Made by a program: the position numbers and the translations under genes. A stretch of DNA of 50,252 nt from a virus. Its lineage: Duplodnaviria; Caudoviricetes. The DNA lies in IMG/VR virus record IMGVR_UViG_3300033049_000162, positions 1 to 50,252 of that record. One strand, given 5' to 3'. Under the pieces are notes generated by a model. The model ran no database searches, had not been told where the DNA came from, and was given only the letters and a program-made list of their open reading frames with translations. Of this stretch, positions 44,898 to 50,252 are shown piece by piece. The first letter of the stretch is position 1, and each line of letters opens with the position of its first letter.

Positions 44898-45113
44898 TTA
44901 GATATTACTTTGTTGAGCACTTAACTGTAGATTTACAAGCATGTGCTGAGCCTGTTGTAACTCAGCAGCTTTTTTATGAATTTGATATTCACGTAATTCA
45001 GGAATGTTCTGTTCATTCCAGCCTGAAATAGCTGCGTTTGTAATACCGAGAAGATCTGCCAATTCGTAATTAAATCTACAGTTCAACAGTTTTTTAGCAT
45101 CATCTAATGTCAT
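44898..45113 (-). CDS. cro: Cro-like repressor
   Basis: ELADLLGITNAAISGW...IPELREYQI; divergent from cI. Confidence 0.88.
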   Translation of the reverse strand: MTLDDAKKLLNCRFNYELADLLGITNAAISGWNEQNIPELREYQIHKKAAELQQAQHMLVNLQLSAQQSNI

Positions 45114-45125
45114 GTTGGTCTCAAA

Positions 45126-45192
45126 AATTAAGATAACTTAATTTATTAAACCCAATTTAACTTTCTACGTCAAGAATTAAGATAAGTTAATT
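45126..45192. promoter_or_regulatory. OR operators of prophage 2
   Basis: AATTAAGATAACTTAATT 45126 and AATTAAGATAAGTTAATT 45175; minus-strand TTGACG at 45173-45168. Confidence 0.8.
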
Positions 45193-45221
45193 TATATATT
45201 CGATCATTAAAGGTTCTTTTT

Positions 45222-45863
45222 ATGGAAACTGTAGGCACTAGAATTAAAAAGCTGCGTAAACAGAAGAAATTTACTCTGAAAGAACTTGCATCAAAAGTAG
45301 GTGTTTCGGATGTTTCAATATCTAATTGGGAAAATGATGTTAATACGCCCAAGCATGAACATTTAACTTTACTTGCACCAAATCTCGATACAACTATTGA
45401 TTTTATTATGTATGGGAAAACTGAAGATATTGAGAATGTATCAGACTTCAGACCAGTAACCAGAATGTTACCAGTTTTGACTTATATTCAATGCGGAACA
45501 ATGACTAACGTTAAAAGCATTGCACCTCATGAAATTGAAATGTGGTTACCTGCACCGCCTGATGCTAGTAAAAATAGTTTCTATTTAATCTGTCAAGGTA
45601 TTAGTAATGCACCAGAATTTAAGGATGGTGATTTTGTTTGTATAAATCCAGATATACCCTTCGATAATGTTCAGCATGGGGAAATGATTGCGGTATGTCA
45701 GGATGATGAGGCTACTTTTAAGGCTCTAGTAAGAGAATTTAACAGCTTACATTTGAAGGCATTAAATGAGAATTTCCATCCTAATATCATCCCATTGAAA
45801 GAAGATTTTATTTACAAAGGTAAATATGTTGGAAAATTTACTCCACCCAAAAAATTTATTTAA
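45222..45863 (+). CDS. cI: CI repressor (HTH + S24 autopeptidase)
   Basis: XRE HTH; IQCG cleavage site; GISN Ser; TFKA Lys. Confidence 0.95.
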   Translation: METVGTRIKKLRKQKKFTLKELASKVGVSDVSISNWENDVNTPKHEHLTLLAPNLDTTIDFIMYGKTEDIENVSDFRPVTRMLPVLTYIQCGTMTNVKSIAPHEIEMWLPAPPDASKNSFYLICQGISNAPEFKDGDFVCINPDIPFDNVQHGEMIAVCQDDEATFKALVREFNSLHLKALNENFHPNIIPLKEDFIYKGKYVGKFTPPKKFI

Positions 45864-45876
45864 TTCTTTTTTAAAT

Positions 45877-45900
45877 AAGCCTGCATATGCAGGCTTTTTT
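45877..45900 (+). terminator. Terminator after cI
   Basis: AAGCCTGC-atat-GCAGGCTT plus T tract. Confidence 0.8.
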
Positions 45901-45929
45901 GTACCTCAAAAATCATAGACTTCAAAAAA

Positions 45930-46009
45930 TATTAACTTGTCTTAATTTTTATGTTGACAATAAAATTAAGTTGTCTTAATTTAATTAAACAAATTAAGTT
46001 TTCTTTGAG
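45930..46009 (+). promoter_or_regulatory. OL operators and PL of prophage 2
   Basis: TATTAACTTGTCTTAATT 45930, AATTAAGTTGTCTTAATT 45964, AATTAAGTTTTCTTTGAG 45992; TTGACA 45954. Confidence 0.8.
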
Positions 46010-46015
46010 GCAACC

Positions 46016-46336
46016 ATGAATAAATCTTCGTCTAAAACTAAGCCGACAAGCTTTGATAAAACTGTATATGCACGTTTACACGCTGATGACTTTGCTCAAC
46101 CAGCAGTGAATGATCACTGGTTCTACAAAAACAAGGCTGTCGCACAAATTTCCTCAGCTGTGAAAGCTATTCGCAATGCAACTAATCAACACGATTTCAG
46201 CACAGCTATCGCTCAAGCAAATGCATTTCTTGATGCAGCATATGACTATGAATTTATTGACTTAACAGATAAGTCAAAATGGTTGTATGAAATTGCTCAA
46301 GCCACTCGTGTCCAAACGATTGGAGAGCATCAATGA
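46016..46336 (+). CDS. Hypothetical early protein
   Basis: First gene after PL; SD GAGG. Confidence 0.75.
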   Translation: MNKSSSKTKPTSFDKTVYARLHADDFAQPAVNDHWFYKNKAVAQISSAVKAIRNATNQHDFSTAIAQANAFLDAAYDYEFIDLTDKSKWLYEIAQATRVQTIGEHQ

Positions 46337-46671
46337 ACAAAAAGAGTAAGGCTCTGAATATTTCAAAATCTCAGAAAGATTTTGCACCTGAAGTACCTGA
46401 ACAATCAGTAATTGACACATGGCCAAAGCTCCAGCGCAAACCTCACACGATCAAAATCAATGGCTTTGATGTTCCTGCTCCCTTTAATCCAAATTTTGGT
46501 GAAGATTACTTTTGGATTAACCCATCAAGTAAAGATGGATTTTCTAGCGACATTTGGGCAAATGAAGAAAGTGATCAATATACATCTACATTTGGCGTAT
46601 GGCGTACAGAAAATGAAATAAAACAAGTTGTTACCGCTTATAGAAAATTAATTGGAGCTGCTCATGACTAA
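46333..46671 (+). CDS. Hypothetical early protein
   Basis: KPHTIKINGFDVPAP...GVWRTE pattern; ATGA coupling. Confidence 0.75.
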   Translation: MNKKSKALNISKSQKDFAPEVPEQSVIDTWPKLQRKPHTIKINGFDVPAPFNPNFGEDYFWINPSSKDGFSSDIWANEESDQYTSTFGVWRTENEIKQVVTAYRKLIGAAHD

Positions 46672-46753
46672 GTTTGATTTTATTGTCGGCACTGTAATGG
46701 CTTTTATTCTCATTGCAGCTTTCATTGCAGTTGATTACATGGAGAAACTTTAA
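46664..46753 (+). CDS. 29-aa TM peptide (not in ORF track)
   Basis: MTKFDFIVGTVMAFILIAAFIAVDYMEKL; SD GGAG; TAATG coupling to the next gene. Confidence 0.55.
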   Translation: MTKFDFIVGTVMAFILIAAFIAVDYMEKL

Positions 46754-47247
46754 TGCGCTCTAATATTGATCACGATGTATTCGCCAAAAAATTGCAGTCA
46801 ATTGAGCTGGCCAACCAAGTTGAAGAGTTTTTAAAGAGCCAAAATCTTGAAGAGCCTGTTCAAATTCCGTTTGGTCATTCTGAGTATTTGAATACATGTA
46901 AGAAAAATGGTGTTGATCCTTACACGTTCTCTTTACGTTCAATTATGACTCATTCAGTAGAGCAAACCCATGCAGAAAAAAAGAATAATTCTGCAAAGCA
47001 AAAATCCGAAACAAACAATTCAACTTACACGCCAGACAATAGCTCAAATCGTCGGGAGTTTAATCGCAAGGCACGCGAGTTAGCCTGGATAAGTGGTCAA
47101 AAAAAGTTTGTTGGTAAATGTCAAAAACATGGTGAGCAATATTTCAATATTCGCAAACAAGGCAAAGACCAACTTTGTAGCATTTGCCAACGTGAATTTA
47201 CTCGAAATCAGAATCAAAAACGAAAAAAATTAAAGGTGACTGCATGA
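46753..47247 (+). CDS. Hypothetical protein with C-terminal Zn finger
   Basis: CQKHG...CSIC; basic tail. Confidence 0.75.
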   Translation: MRSNIDHDVFAKKLQSIELANQVEEFLKSQNLEEPVQIPFGHSEYLNTCKKNGVDPYTFSLRSIMTHSVEQTHAEKKNNSAKQKSETNNSTYTPDNSSNRREFNRKARELAWISGQKKFVGKCQKHGEQYFNIRKQGKDQLCSICQREFTRNQNQKRKKLKVTA

Positions 47248-47603
47248 ATAATGAAATTCTAGAAGCCCTTATTGAACTTGGCTTAACACCAATTGACTGG
47301 GTAGATGCATGCCAGTTTGAGAAACTAACAGGAATTGAAGAGCAAAAACTCACGCATCGTCGCAAGAAATGGCCTGAAGATTTGGTATGGGCCAAACAAG
47401 ACGGAAACATTTATTATTCTATTCGAGGTTACAATCAATGGTTGACAGATCAGGCACAGAATCGCTACCAACAGGCATCCGCATCCGTGAAGGATCAATC
47501 CAAATCTACTTTATGTGTAAACGCCAACGGTACGAAATCACGCTCCCGCACCCGCCCACTGCGCAAGGTATTAGCGCAGCCGTTAAAATTAGAAGTGATC
47601 TAA
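47244..47603 (+). CDS. xis: Excisionase
   Basis: WVDACQFEKLTGI...W...W.KQDGNIYYSIRGYNQW; overlaps int. Confidence 0.75.
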   Translation: MNNEILEALIELGLTPIDWVDACQFEKLTGIEEQKLTHRRKKWPEDLVWAKQDGNIYYSIRGYNQWLTDQAQNRYQQASASVKDQSKSTLCVNANGTKSRSRTRPLRKVLAQPLKLEVI

Positions 47604-48601
47604 TTACAAAAGCTAAATGGGGTGTCTTGACTGAACAAGACATCTCAGAAGCGAGAGGATATGAATTTGAAGATGAATATGTAATCGTTGAAAATTCTGT
47701 GCTATTCCAAGAAATAGCACAAAAATATTTAAAGTTTTTAACATGTGGTGAAGGTTCAAAAAATGATTATAGAAAAATTCTGCAACATCACTGGATGCCC
47801 TATTTTGCGTTAACTCCAATAGCTCGTATAAGGACTGAAGATATTGAAGAAGTCATATTTGATCGTGATTTTCAAACAGCCAAAACGCTAAATAATTGTT
47901 TAACACCATTGCGTGGTGTATTTGATACTGCGTTAAAAAATCGAGATATTTCTGAAAACCCTACCGATAATATTAAAAATCGTAAAGTTCAAGTGGATAT
48001 ACCTGATCCATTTTCCCGTAAAGAAATGAACGCTTTATTAGAATGGCTTGATAAAAATTTGAAAGGAGAAGACCGATTTTATTATTGGTATTATGAACTT
48101 GCGTTCTGGACTGGTTGCCGCCCCTCAGAAATGATTGCATTACGTGAATCAGATATAGATTGGTTTAACAAAACATTTCGGATCAACAAAAGCCGTGTCC
48201 GTGGAGTTGAAAAAAATGTAACAAAGACTAAAAATGTTCGAGAGATCTATTTAAATGATAGATCGGAACGTGCTCTAAAAGAATTAATTAATTTCAAAAA
48301 CGTACATACTTATAAAAGTACTTATTTGATGTTATGTCCTGAAACTAAAGAGCCATTTTATAATGAAAAACCGCCAAGACTACGTTTGAATGAAGCGATG
48401 AAAGGATGCAAGATCCGTCATCGACCAGCTTATAACGCTAGGCATACTTATGCAACTATGTTGCTTATGGATGGAGTGAATCCAGTGTTTGTTGCAAATC
48501 AACTTGGTCACAGTATATCTATGCTTGAAAAACGTTATGCGAAATGGATTCATGGTGAACAAAATAGAATTGAAATAGCAAAACTAAATACTCAGTCTTA
48601 A
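47438..48601 (+). CDS. int: Tyrosine integrase (DUF3596-type arm domain)
   Basis: PTGIRIREGSIQIYF arm; TGCRPSEM, TKT, YNARHTY, QLGH, KRY; SD GAGG before ATG 47438. Confidence 0.95.
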   Translation: MVDRSGTESLPTGIRIREGSIQIYFMCKRQRYEITLPHPPTAQGISAAVKIRSDLITKAKWGVLTEQDISEARGYEFEDEYVIVENSVLFQEIAQKYLKFLTCGEGSKNDYRKILQHHWMPYFALTPIARIRTEDIEEVIFDRDFQTAKTLNNCLTPLRGVFDTALKNRDISENPTDNIKNRKVQVDIPDPFSRKEMNALLEWLDKNLKGEDRFYYWYYELAFWTGCRPSEMIALRESDIDWFNKTFRINKSRVRGVEKNVTKTKNVREIYLNDRSERALKELINFKNVHTYKSTYLMLCPETKEPFYNEKPPRLRLNEAMKGCKIRHRPAYNARHTYATMLLMDGVNPVFVANQLGHSISMLEKRYAKWIHGEQNRIEIAKLNTQS

Positions 48602-48677
48602 AGACTGAGTAAAAGATTATTGACTTAAAATTCTAATCATTCAAAATCTAAATAATTTAAAAAATGTCAATTTCAAA

Positions 48678-50252
48678 ATGTCAAATTCCAAAAGAGATAA
48701 TTTTACAGATAAAACTATAAGCATACTTCGCCGCAGAGTAGGCAATATGTGTTCTAACCCAACTTGCTATAAACATACAGTAGAGGCTCATTCTACAAAT
48801 GTAGAAAAGGTTATTGACACGGGAATAGCTGCTCATATTTGTGCAGCTGCAATTAATGGTCCTCGTTATGATGAATCTATGACCACTGATGCAAGAAAAC
48901 ATATTAGTAATGCTATTTGGCTTTGTGCGCATTGCTCTATTAAAATTGATCGAGAACCTTCTGCCTACCCAATAGCTTTACTAAAAAAATGGAAAGAAAT
49001 TGCAGAAAATCGAATTTCTTTAAACTCTAATCAAAGACTTTTAACTGAACAAGAAGCAGAATATAAAGTTAATCAATCTTTCCTTCAAAGCTTGGGATTA
49101 AGTATTCCTGAAAAATTTAATACATCTTTATCGGGAATATCTAAAGCAGTGAATCAATATTTTCACCATCTCGATCCTCGTCTAAATATTAAATATTCAT
49201 ATATCAATGGTATAAACAATTTTCAGATTAGTTCATTACAATCTGAAACTGATGATCCAATCATAATAAAATTCAACCCTGAATGTAATAACGAATTTAA
49301 TATAAAAATCAATGACTTCATTAATCATGGTCAACCTGTTAAATTCAATATTACTGAGCTTTCAAGCAATTCAGTTGGGCTGAATAATATTTTCCCACAA
49401 ACCGATATGCTTGGTACAGTAACAATTAGTCCTCATAAAAATTTAAAAGCTAATATTGAGATATTAGATTTTGATGATAATATATTAGTTGAATTCGAAG
49501 ATAATTTATACATTGGTAATTCTACATTTTCATTTAAATCTGAAAAATTTGGAGGATTATTAACACTTAATATTGATCAAGCTAAATTTAAAAAAGAAGA
49601 ATATAGAGAAGAAACAACAATATTATTAAATTATAAAATTTGGGATTATCAAGATTTACAGTCTTTAAAATATTTTACACAAATTTATAGAATATTTGAA
49701 AAAATGAAAGCTTCTGGTACTATCAAACTTAATATAATTATTGATGGAATTGTCTATTTCTCATCAGAAAACTCATTAGAAAACGATAAATTTAACTCAT
49801 TATTATCTTTACTTTCATACACTTACTATTCAAGAATATTATGTAAAACATTAGATTTAAGTATTTCTTTTGATAGTTCGTATTCATTTCTGGCTGAAGA
49901 ACATCAAGATATTTACGATACTGTAATGGTAATTAAAGATACAAATAGTAAAGATCCATTTATCCAAAAATTAAAATTCAGTTCATTGAAATACTTTGAT
50001 CCAAAAAATATAAAAGATGGATTAGAAATCTCATTTAATAAAGAATATTTAATCAATATAAATAATATTTTTAACCATAAGATAAATAAAAGTCTATTTA
50101 TAACACATACATTTTTAAATTTAAAAAAAGAAGTACTATATTCGTTCAAAAATTCAAAACATTATTATGATATTGAATTTGATAATTCAGATAAATCTGG
50201 AACATATATCCGCAGTAGTTCCTTAAAAAATCCTTTAAATGATTCTGTATAG
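48678..50252 (+). CDS. AT-rich HNH-domain protein with a long unknown C-terminal region (putative defence)
   Basis: CSNPTC...AAHICAA..NGPRYD...NAIWLCAHC..ID; candidate promoter TTGACT 48620. Confidence 0.8.
   Translation: MSNSKRDNFTDKTISILRRRVGNMCSNPTCYKHTVEAHSTNVEKVIDTGIAAHICAAAINGPRYDESMTTDARKHISNAIWLCAHCSIKIDREPSAYPIALLKKWKEIAENRISLNSNQRLLTEQEAEYKVNQSFLQSLGLSIPEKFNTSLSGISKAVNQYFHHLDPRLNIKYSYINGINNFQISSLQSETDDPIIIKFNPECNNEFNIKINDFINHGQPVKFNITELSSNSVGLNNIFPQTDMLGTVTISPHKNLKANIEILDFDDNILVEFEDNLYIGNSTFSFKSEKFGGLLTLNIDQAKFKKEEYREETTILLNYKIWDYQDLQSLKYFTQIYRIFEKMKASGTIKLNIIIDGIVYFSSENSLENDKFNSLLSLLSYTYYSRILCKTLDLSISFDSSYSFLAEEHQDIYDTVMVIKDTNSKDPFIQKLKFSSLKYFDPKNIKDGLEISFNKEYLININNIFNHKINKSLFITHTFLNLKKEVLYSFKNSKHYYDIEFDNSDKSGTYIRSSSLKNPLNDSV

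Larger units (their letters stand above)
14106..50252. mobile_element. Prophage 2 (cos siphovirus, HK97-like head and lambda-like tail); second att expected right of the window
   Basis: Contiguous lysis-tail-head-terminase-Q-replication-immunity-int modules with no obvious broken genes. Confidence 0.92.

Noticed and set aside
45170-45352. Short antisense ORFs over cI (also 3768-4031 and many within structural genes)
   Set aside because: Shadow ORFs opposite well-supported genes

Overview
AT-rich Acinetobacter-like DNA made up entirely of two unrelated lambdoid prophages in tandem. They meet at a 27-bp duplicated 3' end of the tmRNA gene (ssrA, 14079-14105). Prophage 1 (<1-14105, truncated on the left) shows its early half: orphan DNA methyltransferase, DnaB, replication initiator with internal iterons, cII/cro/cI with six 14-bp operators, a soluble + 4-TM accessory pair in the rexAB position preceded by a predicted pseudoknot, recombination genes, HNH and GIY-YIG nucleases, xis and a P4-type integrase. 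Prophage 2 (14106->50252) looks like a nearly complete cos-type siphovirus: lysis cassette, lambda-like tail (J, I, K, L, side fibre, M, tape measure with an SLT domain, G/GT frameshift), HK97-like head with the portal downstream of the capsid, terminase, cos, two HNH genes, Q, an iteron origin, a Toprim primase split across two genes, cII/cro/cI, xis/int, and a terminal AT-rich HNH-domain gene. Best leads: the RexAB-like pair and its leader pseudoknot, the terminal HNH protein, the split primase, an HxH metal needle inside gpJ, a C4-type antisense RNA/antirepressor switch in the tail operon, and hairpins presenting half-parS motifs beside cos. All assignments come from motif recognition by eye; no searches were run.
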